Positions 44,255 to 54,620 of a DNA stretch of 59,464 nt are shown piece by piece. The DNA lies in the NCBI GenBank assembly GCA_035496575.1, contig DATJEN010000073.1:1-59464 (forward strand). Direction: 5' to 3'. The DNA comes from Pirellulales bacterium. Lineage in GTDB: Bacteria > Planctomycetota > Planctomycetia > Pirellulales > PALSA-1355. Numbering within the stretch: position 1 is the first letter of the stretch; each line of letters begins with the position of its first letter. Below the pieces are notes generated by a model. It saw nothing but the letters and a program-made list of their open reading frames with translations, did not search any database and had not been told where the DNA came from. Position numbers and translations under genes: made by a program.

Positions 44255-45067
44255 TTAGCGGTTTGCCGGCTGCGGCGCGACGCTTGAGATCGTCGATGTC
44301 GCCGGGGCGGCAACTTTGGCTTCCGGCAACTTGATCGTAAACGCCGTGCCCTTGCCCAGCGTGCTCTCGACGCGAATTCGCCCGTGGTGGGCTTCGATCA
44401 CGTCGCGGCAATACGAAAGCCCTAGGCCGGTGCCGCCCTTGCCGCTCGCGTCGGGACCGCTCTTGGTGGTGAAGTAGCGGTCGAAGATACGCGGCAGTTT
44501 GTCGGGCGCAATTCCCGTGCCCGTATCGCGGATGCTCAGATCAACCGTTGCGTTCGCACGATCGTGCGCGAGGCGGAGCGTGATGTGCCCGCCCGAGGGC
44601 ATGGCCTGCCGCGCATTGACCAGCAAGTTCATGACGACCTGCTGAATCTGGTTCGCATTGGCCAGCGCCGGGGGCACCGGCTGAAACTGCTTGTCGACCA
44701 CGACGCGGTATTTGGACATCTCGCGCTCCAGCAACAAGAGCGAGTCGTCCAACAGCTTGACCAGGTCCGTCGGCTCCATCCCGGCAGGTCGATTGCGCGC
44801 AAAGCCGAGGATGCCGTTGGTAATTCTGGCGGCTCGCTGGCCGGCGTTGAGGATTTTTTCGAACGCCTTGTCGCGAGTGGCCTCGTCCTTGTGCCGCTGT
44901 CCCATCTTGGCGTAGTTCAGGATCGTCATGAGCACGTTGTTGAATTCGTGCGTCGTTGTGCTTACCAGCTCGCCCAGCGCCGTCAGTTTCTGCGATTGCT
45001 CGAGCTGTGCCTTGAGCAGGCGGACCTGCTCCTCAAGGCTCGGGGCTGGCGGGGGACTTGCGGACAT
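44255..45067 (-). CDS. soluble sensor histidine kinase (coiled-coil + HisKA + HATPase_c only)
   Basis: H-box TTTHEFNNVL, N-box LLVNARQAM, G1 IRDTGTGI and G2 GTGLGL are present. No TM or recognisable sensor domain. Confidence 0.85.
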   Translation of the reverse strand: MSASPPPAPSLEEQVRLLKAQLEQSQKLTALGELVSTTTHEFNNVLMTILNYAKMGQRHKDEATRDKAFEKILNAGQRAARITNGILGFARNRPAGMEPTDLVKLLDDSLLLLEREMSKYRVVVDKQFQPVPPALANANQIQQVVMNLLVNARQAMPSGGHITLRLAHDRANATVDLSIRDTGTGIAPDKLPRIFDRYFTTKSGPDASGKGGTGLGLSYCRDVIEAHHGRIRVESTLGKGTAFTIKLPEAKVAAPATSTISSVAPQPANR

Positions 45068-45322
45068 GCGGGCAGACGCTCCGAGATTGATAGCCGCTTT
45101 GACCAGCTTGGCCCGATGCGTGGGCGCGACGCAGTTGCCCCAGCAGGCTGCACTTGCCCCGCTTAGCTCGCTTCGTGCTTAAGCCTTGTGGCGGTCCAGA
45201 TTTGACACACCTGGGTATCGTCGACTTTGGCTGGCCAACTATAGGGCAAGCCGCTACAATCCCGCCCCCCTGACAGCAGCCGAGTGCGGCTGGGCCGTTG
45301 TTATCTCGCGAGGAACACGCAC

Positions 45323-45571
45323 ATGCATACCGTCGAAATGCTGGAACAAGCCATCGCCCGGGCCACGGCGGCCGGCTTCATTGTGCGGCAAGACTGGCTT
45401 GGCGGAGCGACCGCCGGTGCTTGCGAGTTCAAAGGTCGCAAGTGGTTGTTCCTCGACCTGGCGCAAAGCCCGACCGAGCAGCTAAACCTGGTGTTAGGCG
45501 CCCTGGCGCAAATGCCTGCTGGCAGCACGCTGCCTGATCCGGCAGCGCCAAAGTTGCCCCACGCTGCCTAG
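45323..45571 (+). CDS. small hypothetical protein (82 aa)
   Basis: MHTVEMLEQAIARATAAGFIVRQDWLGGATAGACEFKGRKWLFLDLAQSPTEQL.... Trimmed from 45284. No family recognised. Confidence 0.45.
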   Translation: MHTVEMLEQAIARATAAGFIVRQDWLGGATAGACEFKGRKWLFLDLAQSPTEQLNLVLGALAQMPAGSTLPDPAAPKLPHAA

Positions 45572-45577
45572 CATCCT

Positions 45578-46210
45578 CTATTTTGCTCGATAGAGGCCAT
45601 GTGCCTCGATATATTTCTCGACCGCCCGGGGCGTCCGATAGCGGATGCTTTCACCGGCGGCGACCCGGCCGCGAATGTCGCGAGCGCTCAAGTCGATGCG
45701 CGGCATGCGCACCTGGTGGCTTTGAATTTGGGCCAGCCGCTCGGGCGAGACCCAGGGTTCAAGCACGCTGACGTCGGGCGGTGCGTCGTCTTTGTCGTCG
45801 GCAGAGCCCAGACTGCGCTCGACGGCGATGGGCGTGCTGAGCTGACAGATGATGTGGGGATCCTTCCAGTTCGGAAGATCGACCAGCGAATCGGCTCCCA
45901 GCAACAAGTACATTTCGCGCGAGGGATCTTCCTGGTGGAAATGCGCCAAGGTCTCGGCCGTATAATTCACCCCGCCGCGGTCGATCTCATATCGCGAGAT
46001 CGCAAAGGCCGTGTGCCCGCCGATGGCCAGTTCGAGCATATCCAGCCGCGCCGCGGCGGGCGCCAGATCGGCCTCTTTCTTGTGCGGCGGAATCGCAGCG
46101 GGCACAAACCACACCTGCTCCAGGCCAAGCTGCTCGCGGCACGACTCGGCCAACAACAAGTGGCCGTAATGCACCGGATTAAAGCTGCCGCCGAAGATTC
46201 CCAACCGCAT
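45578..46210 (-). CDS. nadD: nicotinate-nucleotide adenylyltransferase
   Basis: Begins MRLGIFGGSFNPVHYGHL, and has the ISRYEIDR and ISARDIR blocks. Confidence 0.9.
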   Translation of the reverse strand: MRLGIFGGSFNPVHYGHLLLAESCREQLGLEQVWFVPAAIPPHKKEADLAPAAARLDMLELAIGGHTAFAISRYEIDRGGVNYTAETLAHFHQEDPSREMYLLLGADSLVDLPNWKDPHIICQLSTPIAVERSLGSADDKDDAPPDVSVLEPWVSPERLAQIQSHQVRMPRIDLSARDIRGRVAAGESIRYRTPRAVEKYIEAHGLYRAK

Positions 46211-46299
46211 CGGATCACCTTATATCGTTCGACCGCGCGCTCGCTGTCGAAGCGTCACCCCCCGCGCCAGCGGGCCGAACGCAGCATACATTAGGGAAT

Positions 46300-48585
46300 A
46301 TGAAGCGCGAGCAACAGAGCCTGTTCGATTTGAAGCCCGCCCCGTGGGAGCTCGATGATGCGGGCGAACAACTGGTGGCGACCATTGTGTTTGCTCGCGG
46401 ACCTCAAGACCCATTTGACTACCTGGTGCCCGACGCGCTGCGCGGACACGTTGGCCCGGGACACAGGGTGCGAGCACCCTTGGGCAAAAGCGGGCGGTTG
46501 GCGCTCGGTTATTGCGTTCGCGTGGTCAACTCGCAACCGCCGGGCCATTTGAAAGCCATCGAGAGCGTCGTCGACGCGCGGCCGCTTTTGAGCGCCTCGA
46601 TGCTGCAACTGACCGAGTGGATGGCCGAATACTATTTGTGCTCCTGGGGACAGGTGCTCGAAAGCGTCGTGCCTGGCGGCGTGCGAGTACAGGCCGGCAC
46701 GCGTAACACGCATTTTGTATCGCTGCCGAGCCATGTCCATGCTCGTTTAACGCGCCTGAGACTCACCGCGACGCAAAAACGCGTCATGGAGCGGCTGGCC
46801 GGGCGCGGTGAACCGATGCCGATTCAGCAGCTCGCCAAAGCCGCCAGTTGCGGCACGAGGCCCATTCGTTCCATGGTGGCCAAGGGGCTGCTGGCGATCC
46901 ATTCCGCCCGATTTGATGCGCAGGCCGCGGCGCCGCCCGAGGCTCACGGGCGCGAAGAGCATCTGACGCTCAACACCGACCAAGAGCGAGCCCTGGGCGC
47001 CATTCTGTCGGCCCTGGACAGTCGCGAGCACCGCGCCGTTTTGATGCATGGCGTCACCGGCAGCGGCAAAACCGAGGTCTACATCCAAGTCATCGAGCAG
47101 GTGCTGCGCTTCGGGCGGCAGGCAATCGTGCTGGTGCCGGAGATCAGCCTGACCCCGCAGACCGAAGCGCGCTTCCGCTCGCGTTTTGGCGCGGTGGCGG
47201 TCTTGCACAGTCACCAATCGGATGCGGAGCGGCGCCGGCAATGGGATCAGATCGCTTCGGCTAGCGTTTCCGTGGTGGTGGGCGCTCGCAGCGCCGTCTT
47301 TGCGCCCACGCCCAATCTGGGATTGATCGTCCTGGACGAGGAGCACGAGACATCTTTCAAACAGGATTCGGCCCCGCGCTATCACGCCCGCGACGTAGCG
47401 CTCGAGCGGAGCCGAGCCGAGCGAATTCCGCTGGTGCTGGGCTCGGCCACGCCATCGCTCGAAAGTTGGCAGCGAGCGCTCGCGGGAACCTACGAGCTCG
47501 CCTCCTTGCCAAAGCGAGTCCTGGATCGGCCCCTGCCCGCGGTCGGAACGATCGACTTGCGTTTGGATCAGTCCGACCGCCGCGGGCGAGGCGCGATCAG
47601 TCGCCAATTGCGGCTCGCCATGGAAGAATCGCTCCAGGACGACGGGCAGGTCATCTTGCTGCTTAATCGCCGTGGCTATTCGACACATATCCAGTGTCCC
47701 GCATGTGGCCTGGTGCTGCGCTGTCCGCATTGTGCGATTGCCCTCACCCATCACTTGCAGGTGGCACAGGCCGTCTGCCACTACTGCGACTACCAGGAGC
47801 GCGCCCCGCGCCAGTGCCCTCAGTGCGGGTTCGAAGGCATTCACTATCGCGGAGTGGGCACCGAGCGACTGGAAGCGGAGGTCAACGCGCGGTTCCCGAA
47901 CTACGCCTGCCTTCGCATGGACACCGACACCATGCGCAAGCCTGGCAGCCACGAGCGGGCCTTGGCGAAATTTCGCGATGGCGCGGTGCGAATTCTGGTC
48001 GGCACGCAGATGATCGCCAAGGGACTGGATTTTCCAAACGTGACGCTCGTGGGTGTCATCAACGCGGACACCGCGTTGCACTTTCCGGATTTTCGCGCCG
48101 CCGAGCGCACGTTTCAGTTGGTGACTCAAGTTGCGGGACGCACCGGTCGCGGAGAACGCGGGGGGCGCGTGTTGGTGCAAACTTTTTCGCCGGAGCATCC
48201 AGCGATCGTGGCCGCCGTGCGGCACGATTATCAGCTATTTGCAAGCCAGGAGCTGCCGGTCCGAGAATCGCTCGGCTATCCGCCTTACGGTGCGATGATC
48301 CGCCTGGTCGTGCGCGGACGCGGAGAAGTGGCGACCGGCGAGTTCGCGGGCGAGATCGCGCGACGGTTAAAGCAGAGGCTCGAAAAAGTCCCATCGCCGT
48401 CGCGGGTGCTGGGTCCGGCGCCTGCCCCCATCGCGAAGATTCGCGGCAATTTTCGCTTCCAAATCCAGTTGCAAAGTTCGGACTCGCGGCAACTGCGCCG
48501 AGCCATTCGCGAGGAGACCGCCATGCTAAAACCGCCCGACGACATCCAGTGGATCGCCGACGTCGACCCGATCGACATGCTGTAG
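46300..48585 (+). CDS. priA: primosomal replication-restart helicase PriA
   Basis: Walker A GVTGSGKTEVY, DEEH box, Cys-rich Zn region CPACGLVLRCPHCAIALTHH...CHYCDY...CPQCG, and the C-terminal GRTGRG. Confidence 0.93.
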   Translation: MKREQQSLFDLKPAPWELDDAGEQLVATIVFARGPQDPFDYLVPDALRGHVGPGHRVRAPLGKSGRLALGYCVRVVNSQPPGHLKAIESVVDARPLLSASMLQLTEWMAEYYLCSWGQVLESVVPGGVRVQAGTRNTHFVSLPSHVHARLTRLRLTATQKRVMERLAGRGEPMPIQQLAKAASCGTRPIRSMVAKGLLAIHSARFDAQAAAPPEAHGREEHLTLNTDQERALGAILSALDSREHRAVLMHGVTGSGKTEVYIQVIEQVLRFGRQAIVLVPEISLTPQTEARFRSRFGAVAVLHSHQSDAERRRQWDQIASASVSVVVGARSAVFAPTPNLGLIVLDEEHETSFKQDSAPRYHARDVALERSRAERIPLVLGSATPSLESWQRALAGTYELASLPKRVLDRPLPAVGTIDLRLDQSDRRGRGAISRQLRLAMEESLQDDGQVILLLNRRGYSTHIQCPACGLVLRCPHCAIALTHHLQVAQAVCHYCDYQERAPRQCPQCGFEGIHYRGVGTERLEAEVNARFPNYACLRMDTDTMRKPGSHERALAKFRDGAVRILVGTQMIAKGLDFPNVTLVGVINADTALHFPDFRAAERTFQLVTQVAGRTGRGERGGRVLVQTFSPEHPAIVAAVRHDYQLFASQELPVRESLGYPPYGAMIRLVVRGRGEVATGEFAGEIARRLKQRLEKVPSPSRVLGPAPAPIAKIRGNFRFQIQLQSSDSRQLRRAIREETAMLKPPDDIQWIADVDPIDML

Positions 48586-48754
48586 GCGTGCGGCCGACTG
48601 GCCGATTGACGGCAACATTCCCCTTGGAGTTTGTCATCCGTCCGTCATAAAATAGAGAAGCTGGCGCGAGCTGACCGGGCGTGGTCCTGACGCCGATCCG
48701 TTCCCGACCAACGTTGTGCTAGACACAAATCCCTTCTTTGCCGCGAGACGGCGC

Positions 48755-50509
48755 ATGTCGTATCGTTCGCTCAAACGAGTCCTCGGCGAGACGAGCCTTG
48801 AGCGCAAGTTTCTCACGTTGTTCGGATTCTCGTTGCTGATTTTGATCGCCGGCAGCTTCTGGTGGTACGGCAAGAGCACCGAGAAGATCGTGTACGAGTC
48901 GAGCCGCGAGACCGCGCGCAGCCTCGTGGAAACGGTCATTCTGATGCACCACACCAAGGTGCAAGACCCCGATTTCATCGTGCTTTTAGACGATTTGAAG
49001 CAGGGTCTCGCCAGCCGCGAATACCGCTGGGAATTCATTCGTCCCGTGCAAGAGGGCCCCAATGCGCCGCGAGACGAATTCGAGTGGGACGTCATCAAGC
49101 AATTTCGCCGCACCGCCCGACCCGAAGACGGCCGAGTGCCCGATCGAGAGTTTTTCGAGGAGCTAGCCGCGCACGAATACCGCGAGCGGCGCGACGTCGT
49201 GAATGGCAAGCGCGAATACCAGTTTTATACGCCCATTCGCATCACGAAGAACGGCTGCGTGGTCTGTCACGCCAGCCTGGGCAGCCTGGCCTTGGCGGAT
49301 GGAATGCCACCGCAGGAGATTGGCGACCTGGTGTCGGTCGCGAAAGTTTGCCTGCCGGACGACAAGACGCAGTATGCGCTGAACCTTAACAACGCCGTGT
49401 TGCTGGGTACAGCCATCATGACGACTTTCTTGGCCATCTCGGCCTCGTACTTGATCGTGCGCTACGTGATCGTCAAGCCGCTCGCCCACTTGCGCGACGT
49501 GAGCGACCAGATTACCCGGGGCGACCTCTCGCTACGTGCCGAGCTGCATACGGGCGACGAGTTCGAGCGCCTGGCGACCGCGTTTAACCGCATGTTGCGT
49601 CAACTGGCCACCAATCAGGAAGAACTGAAGCACGTCAATGACAACTTGAACGTGAAGGTCGACGAGCTGGCGCAGGCCAACATGCGTCTGTATGAGATGA
49701 ACCGCCTGAAGAGCGACTTCTTGGCCACCATGAGCCACGAATTGCGTACGCCCCTCAACGCGATTATCGGTTTTAGCGACGTGCTCGAGTCGATCGCCTC
49801 GCTGGACGAGAAGCAAAAGCGGTACGTGCGCAACATTCAGACCTCCGGCAAAGTGCTGCTGGAGATGATCAACGACATTTTGGACCTGGCGAAGATCGAA
49901 AGCGGCAAGATGGAGGTCCGCCTTTCCGACTTCCGGATTGCCCAAGTGATTACGGCCCAGTGCGACATGGCACGGCCGCTCACCGAGCGCAAAAACATCG
50001 ACCTCGAAACGGAGATCGATCCGGACTTGCCGGACATGTTCCAGGATCAGGCGAAAGTGCAGCAGATCTTGAACAACCTGCTTTCGAACGCGATCAAGTT
50101 CACGCCGGAGGGGGGCCGGATCATCGTCAGCGCGCAGCTCGGCGGGCCCAACGATCTGTTGCTAAAGGTGACGGATACCGGCGTCGGCATCGCCGAAGAG
50201 GACCAGGTCGCGATTTTTGAAAAGTTTCGCCAGGGCAAAACCGTGCTCGGCGGCGGCAACGCCATGACGCGCGAATACTCAGGCACGGGCCTGGGCCTTT
50301 CGATCGTGAAGGAGCTGTGCAAGTTGCTGGGGGGCGAAATCTTCTTGGAAAGCGAGCTGGGCAAGGGCAGCACCTTTACGGTGCGCCTGCCGCTCGCGCG
50401 CGCGGATCAGCCCCGCATCGATTCGGCGCTGCCGAGCTCGGTGGAAGAACTTGGCAAATCCCGCCGCGGCGACTTGCCGCGCGTCGAAGCGCCGGCCGCC
50501 ACTGGCTAA
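48755..50509 (+). CDS. membrane sensor histidine kinase with DUF3365/Tll0287-like c-type-haem sensor domain, HAMP, HisKA, HATPase_c
   Basis: Trimmed to ATG 48755. TM helix FLTLFGFSLLILIAGSFWW. CXXCH = CVVCH (49256-49270). Second TM then HAMP. H-box SHELRTPLN. G-boxes DTGVGI and GTGLGL. Confidence 0.85.
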   Translation: MSYRSLKRVLGETSLERKFLTLFGFSLLILIAGSFWWYGKSTEKIVYESSRETARSLVETVILMHHTKVQDPDFIVLLDDLKQGLASREYRWEFIRPVQEGPNAPRDEFEWDVIKQFRRTARPEDGRVPDREFFEELAAHEYRERRDVVNGKREYQFYTPIRITKNGCVVCHASLGSLALADGMPPQEIGDLVSVAKVCLPDDKTQYALNLNNAVLLGTAIMTTFLAISASYLIVRYVIVKPLAHLRDVSDQITRGDLSLRAELHTGDEFERLATAFNRMLRQLATNQEELKHVNDNLNVKVDELAQANMRLYEMNRLKSDFLATMSHELRTPLNAIIGFSDVLESIASLDEKQKRYVRNIQTSGKVLLEMINDILDLAKIESGKMEVRLSDFRIAQVITAQCDMARPLTERKNIDLETEIDPDLPDMFQDQAKVQQILNNLLSNAIKFTPEGGRIIVSAQLGGPNDLLLKVTDTGVGIAEEDQVAIFEKFRQGKTVLGGGNAMTREYSGTGLGLSIVKELCKLLGGEIFLESELGKGSTFTVRLPLARADQPRIDSALPSSVEELGKSRRGDLPRVEAPAATG

Positions 50510-50588
50510 GCCTTTCGACTCGCGATCGCTCTCCCACGGCGCCACCCTCCCCTGCCTTTTTGTGGCGAATTGGCTACCATGAGCCGCC

Positions 50589-51065
50589 ATGCCGTCCGCA
50601 AGCTCTTCTCTGCCGCTGGTCGAACTCTTCACGGATGGCGCATGCAGTGGCAATCCAGGGCCAGGTGGCTGGGCCTTCATTTTGCGGCATCCCGCCTCGA
50701 ACAAGGAGCTGGAAGCGTTCGGAGGCGAAGAGACCACCACCAACAACCGCATGGAGCTCACCGCGGTCGTGCGTGGGCTGGAAACGCTGAAACGCCCCTC
50801 GCAAGTCAAACTGATGACCGATAGCGTCTACGTCGGCAAAGGCTTGATGGAATGGCTGCCGAAGTGGAAGGCGAACGGCTGGCGTCGCCGCGAGGGCAAG
50901 CAGTGGAAAGAAGTGAAAAACGAAGATCTGTGGCGCGAGCTCGACGCGCTCATCGCGCGCCACCAGCTTAGCTACGTGCGTGTCGCAGGCCACAGCGGGC
51001 ATCCGGAAAATGACCGCTGCGACGAATTGGCCGTGGCCGCGTATCAGCAATTTCTGAAACGCTAG
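50589..51065 (+). CDS. rnhA: ribonuclease HI
   Basis: ELFTDGACSGNPGPGGWAFIL, TTNNRMELTAV, MTDSVYV and VAGHSGHPENDRCDELA are present. Confidence 0.9.
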   Translation: MPSASSSLPLVELFTDGACSGNPGPGGWAFILRHPASNKELEAFGGEETTTNNRMELTAVVRGLETLKRPSQVKLMTDSVYVGKGLMEWLPKWKANGWRRREGKQWKEVKNEDLWRELDALIARHQLSYVRVAGHSGHPENDRCDELAVAAYQQFLKR

Positions 51066-51120
51066 GATCAGCCAACCGCCGCTGGCAGTCCGCCCCGCGC
51101 CATGGCGGTACAATTGGGGG

Positions 51121-53205
51121 ATGCCTGTCCGCTCCGAGAATGCGCCGTCGGTCGAGCTAACCACACGCGTCCAGTTTTTGAAGGGATGCGGCGCCGCGCG
51201 CGCCGAGCGCCTGGCCGCGCTGGGAATCCATACCGTCCGCGACTTGCTGTTTTATTTCCCGCGCGACTATCGCGACCTGACCAAGCTGTCATCCATCGAG
51301 GAGTTCGAAGAAGGACAACTGGCTAGCGTCTCGGGAACCATCGAAGAGGCCGAGATTTCGAGCCGCGCCGCCGGGCGCTCCGTGTTGGGCGTGCTCGTTC
51401 GAGTGGGCGGCGACCATCTGCGCGCCGTTTGGTTCAATCAGCCTTTCCTGCGAGACGTTTACCATCGTGGGCAGACCGTTTTGGTATCCGGCAAACCGAA
51501 GCGGCGCTCGACGCGTTGGGAGATGGTCCACCCCAACGTGCGCGTGCTCGATACCGACGAGCCTCCCGCAGGGCAGTTGTTGCCCGTCTATCCGCTGACC
51601 GAAGGACTGACCGAGCGCCATGTCCGGCAACTGGTCGAGCGGGCGCTCGAAAGCTGTGCGGATGCCTTGGAGGAAGTGTTTCCCCCGGACATGCTGGCGG
51701 CGAAATCGCTGGCCTCCATTTCTGAGGCGGTGCGGCACATTCACTTCCCGCCCGACCATGAGGCGCTCGCTCGAGCGCGGCGTCGCCTGGTTTATCAGGA
51801 GCTGCTTGTTCTGCAATTGGCGCTCGCGCTCAAACGGCATGAGATGCACGAATCGCGTCGTGCCTTTGCGCTTGAGCCGTCGGCCAAGATCGATTCCCGC
51901 ATTCGACGGCTATTGCCATTTGCCCTCACGCCTGGTCAGAACCGCGCCATCGAAGAGATTATCGCTGACATGGGCCGCGACAAGCCGATGCACCGGTTGT
52001 TGCAAGGCGACGTGGGCAGCGGGAAAACGATCGTGGCCGTGTATGCCATGCTGCTGGCGGTTGCGCGTGGCGCTCAGGTCGTCTTGATGGCCCCCACCGA
52101 AGTTCTCGCTCGGCAGCATTTAGAGACGCTCGACCGCTTGCTGGCCGGCAGCCACACGCGGCTGGGGCTCGTGGCGGGCGGACAAACTGCAAAGAATCGC
52201 GCCGAAACTCTGGCAAGCATCGCGTCGGGCGAGATCCAAATCGTCGTCGGTACGCAGGCCGTGATCAGCGGCGAAATTGCATTCGCTCGTCTGGGACTGG
52301 TGATCATCGATGAACAGCACAAGTTCGGGGTTCATCAGCGCGCGGCCCTCAAACGTTTGGCCGTCAGCCCTCATTACCTGGTGATGACCGCGACCCCCAT
52401 TCCGCGCACGATCAGCATGACCTTGTTCGGTGATTTGGACGTCACGGTTTTGACCGACCATCCGCCGGGCCGTCAGAACGTACATACGTATCTGCCGACG
52501 GACGATGAACGACCGCGCTGGTGGGAGTTTGTTCGCAAGAAAATCGCCGAGGGCCGGCAGGCATACGTCATCGCGCCCGTGGTCGAGGAAAACGAGGAAC
52601 GCGCGAGCTTAAGTGCGATGCACGAGTCACTCGCCAACGGCGAGCTCGAGGCCTTTCGCATCGGCGTCGTGCATGGCCGCATGTCGCCCGCCGAGAAACA
52701 GGACGCGATGGAAGCGTTTCGCCGGGGGGACTCGCAGGTGTTGTTGGCCACCTCGGTCGTGGAGGTGGGCATTGACGTCCCCAATGCGACGTTAATGACC
52801 ATCGAAGGCGCGGAACGATTTGGTCTGGCGCAATTGCATCAGCTGCGCGGTCGGGTCAGCCGCGGCAAATTCGTGGGTTATTGCACGCTCTTTACGGCTG
52901 CTCGCACGACCGAAGCCGATGCTCGCTTGCAAGCCTTCGTGAGCTCGACGGACGGATTCTATCTGGCCGAAGTGGATTTCGCGCTGCGAGGGCCGGGCGA
53001 TCTTTTGGGCACGAAACAACATGGGCTGCCACCTCTGAGAATTGCCGATCTCGTGCGGGATGTCGAGGTGTTGGAGGAAGCGCGCGCCGACGCATTGGAG
53101 CTTGTCAGGCAGGATCCCGAGCTTGCCAAGCCGGAACACGCGCGGCTGCGGCGAATGGCGCTGGCTCGTTACGGCAGCGTGCTCGATTTGGGCCACGTCG
53201 GATAG
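51121..53205 (+). CDS. recG: ATP-dependent DNA helicase RecG
   Basis: Wedge/OB N-terminal region, then [27 protein letters not shown] and [12 protein letters not shown]. Confidence 0.93.
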   Translation: MPVRSENAPSVELTTRVQFLKGCGAARAERLAALGIHTVRDLLFYFPRDYRDLTKLSSIEEFEEGQLASVSGTIEEAEISSRAAGRSVLGVLVRVGGDHLRAVWFNQPFLRDVYHRGQTVLVSGKPKRRSTRWEMVHPNVRVLDTDEPPAGQLLPVYPLTEGLTERHVRQLVERALESCADALEEVFPPDMLAAKSLASISEAVRHIHFPPDHEALARARRRLVYQELLVLQLALALKRHEMHESRRAFALEPSAKIDSRIRRLLPFALTPGQNRAIEEIIADMGRDKPMHRLLQGDVGSGKTIVAVYAMLLAVARGAQVVLMAPTEVLARQHLETLDRLLAGSHTRLGLVAGGQTAKNRAETLASIASGEIQIVVGTQAVISGEIAFARLGLVIIDEQHKFGVHQRAALKRLAVSPHYLVMTATPIPRTISMTLFGDLDVTVLTDHPPGRQNVHTYLPTDDERPRWWEFVRKKIAEGRQAYVIAPVVEENEERASLSAMHESLANGELEAFRIGVVHGRMSPAEKQDAMEAFRRGDSQVLLATSVVEVGIDVPNATLMTIEGAERFGLAQLHQLRGRVSRGKFVGYCTLFTAARTTEADARLQAFVSSTDGFYLAEVDFALRGPGDLLGTKQHGLPPLRIADLVRDVEVLEEARADALELVRQDPELAKPEHARLRRMALARYGSVLDLGHVG

Positions 53206-53249
53206 TCACGCGCTTGCCGAAGCAGCGTGGGCCATTTAAGGTAGCCAGA

Positions 53250-54614
53250 ATGACCGCTCGGCGCTGGATTTCGTTCGTGGCGTTGCTCGCCTTGTGCGTG
53301 CTGGAGCTCGTTTGGGCTGGACTGGCTGACGAAACGACATCAGCTCCCGAGGGCTGGCGCGCCGAATCTCCGCGGGATGAGATACGTCCCGCCTTCAGCT
53401 ACCGCACAGAGGGCGGACCGCATGGCCGCGGTGCGCTTGTCATCTCGGCCGACCGACGCGAAGGCTTGCAGGGCGCGTGGACAAAAACTTATTCGATCAC
53501 AGGCGGAGGATACTATCGCTTTAGCGTGCTGCGCCGCGTGGCGGACGTGCCGCTTGCGCGTCGCTGCGCGCCGGTGCGGATCTTATGGCAAGACGAGCAA
53601 GGCCGTGTGGTTTCGCGAGATGAGCCGGTCACCACCCATTTGCGCCAGGGCCGCATCGTGCCCGCCGAGGCCGAGTTTCCCGCCGATGGCGAAAGCGATA
53701 TCCAGGGCTGGGCCGAAGTTTCTGGCGTGTACCGCGTTCCAAGTGCTGCTCGACAAGCGGTCGTCGAGCTCACGCTGCAATGGTGCCCAGGCGGCAGCGT
53801 GGAATGGAGCGAAGTCAAGCTCGAGCCATGCTCCGAACCCGCGCACCGTCGCGTCCGCCTGGCAACCGTGCACTTCATGCCGAAAGGCAACTCGACGCCG
53901 GCGGAAAACTGTATTGCCTATGCCCCCTTCGTGCGTCAGGCGGCGCAACGAAAGGCCGACCTGGTGGTGCTCGGTGAAACGCTGACGCAGACGGGATTGC
54001 CAAAAACGTATGCCGACGTGGCGGAGCCCATCCCAGGTCCTTCCACCGAGTACTTCGGCTCGTTGGCCAAAGAGCACGATTTGTACATCGTGGCCGGACT
54101 GGTCGAACGCGATAAGCATCTGGTTTACAACACGGCCGTGCTGGTAGGGCCAGACGGCAAGCTCGTCGGCAAATATCGCAAGGTCACCCTCCCGCGCGGC
54201 GAGATCGAGATGGGCGTCGCGCCCGGCCACGAGTATCCGGTGTTCGGAACGCGTTTCGGCAAGGTTGGCCTCATGGTTTGTTACGACGGATTCTTTCCCG
54301 AAGTGGCTCGACAGCTCGCGATTGGCGGCGCGGAAGTGATCGCCTGGCCGGTGGCGGGCTGCAATCCTCTGCTGGCCGAAGCGCGCGCCTGCGAAAACCA
54401 CGTGTACCTGGTCAGCAGCTCGTATACCGACGTCAGCGACAACTGGACAATTACCGCGATTTATGACCGCCAGGGGCGTCCACTGGCGCAGGCCAAGGAG
54501 TGGGGCACGATCGCCGTGGCCGAGGTTGATCTCGCCGAGCCCACCTATTGGTGGAATCTAGGCGACTTCAAGTCGATGATCGAACGCCATCGGCCGGAGA
54601 CGCCATCGCGGTGA
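53250..54614 (+). CDS. exported carbon-nitrogen hydrolase (nitrilase superfamily) with an N-terminal beta-sandwich-like domain
   Basis: Trimmed from track ORF 52881..54614 (which overlaps recG) to ATG 53250. Signal peptide [24 protein letters not shown]. Glu-Lys-Cys triad context: [24 protein letters not shown]. Confidence 0.85.
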   Translation: MTARRWISFVALLALCVLELVWAGLADETTSAPEGWRAESPRDEIRPAFSYRTEGGPHGRGALVISADRREGLQGAWTKTYSITGGGYYRFSVLRRVADVPLARRCAPVRILWQDEQGRVVSRDEPVTTHLRQGRIVPAEAEFPADGESDIQGWAEVSGVYRVPSAARQAVVELTLQWCPGGSVEWSEVKLEPCSEPAHRRVRLATVHFMPKGNSTPAENCIAYAPFVRQAAQRKADLVVLGETLTQTGLPKTYADVAEPIPGPSTEYFGSLAKEHDLYIVAGLVERDKHLVYNTAVLVGPDGKLVGKYRKVTLPRGEIEMGVAPGHEYPVFGTRFGKVGLMVCYDGFFPEVARQLAIGGAEVIAWPVAGCNPLLAEARACENHVYLVSSSYTDVSDNWTITAIYDRQGRPLAQAKEWGTIAVAEVDLAEPTYWWNLGDFKSMIERHRPETPSR

Positions 54615-54620
54615 GTATCA

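Noticed and set aside
52881-53249. N-terminal 123 codons of track ORF 52881..54614, overlapping the recG 3' end
   Set aside because: This part overlaps recG in another frame and its translation is Arg/Ala-rich. A signal peptide begins at the internal ATG 53250, just after the recG stop.
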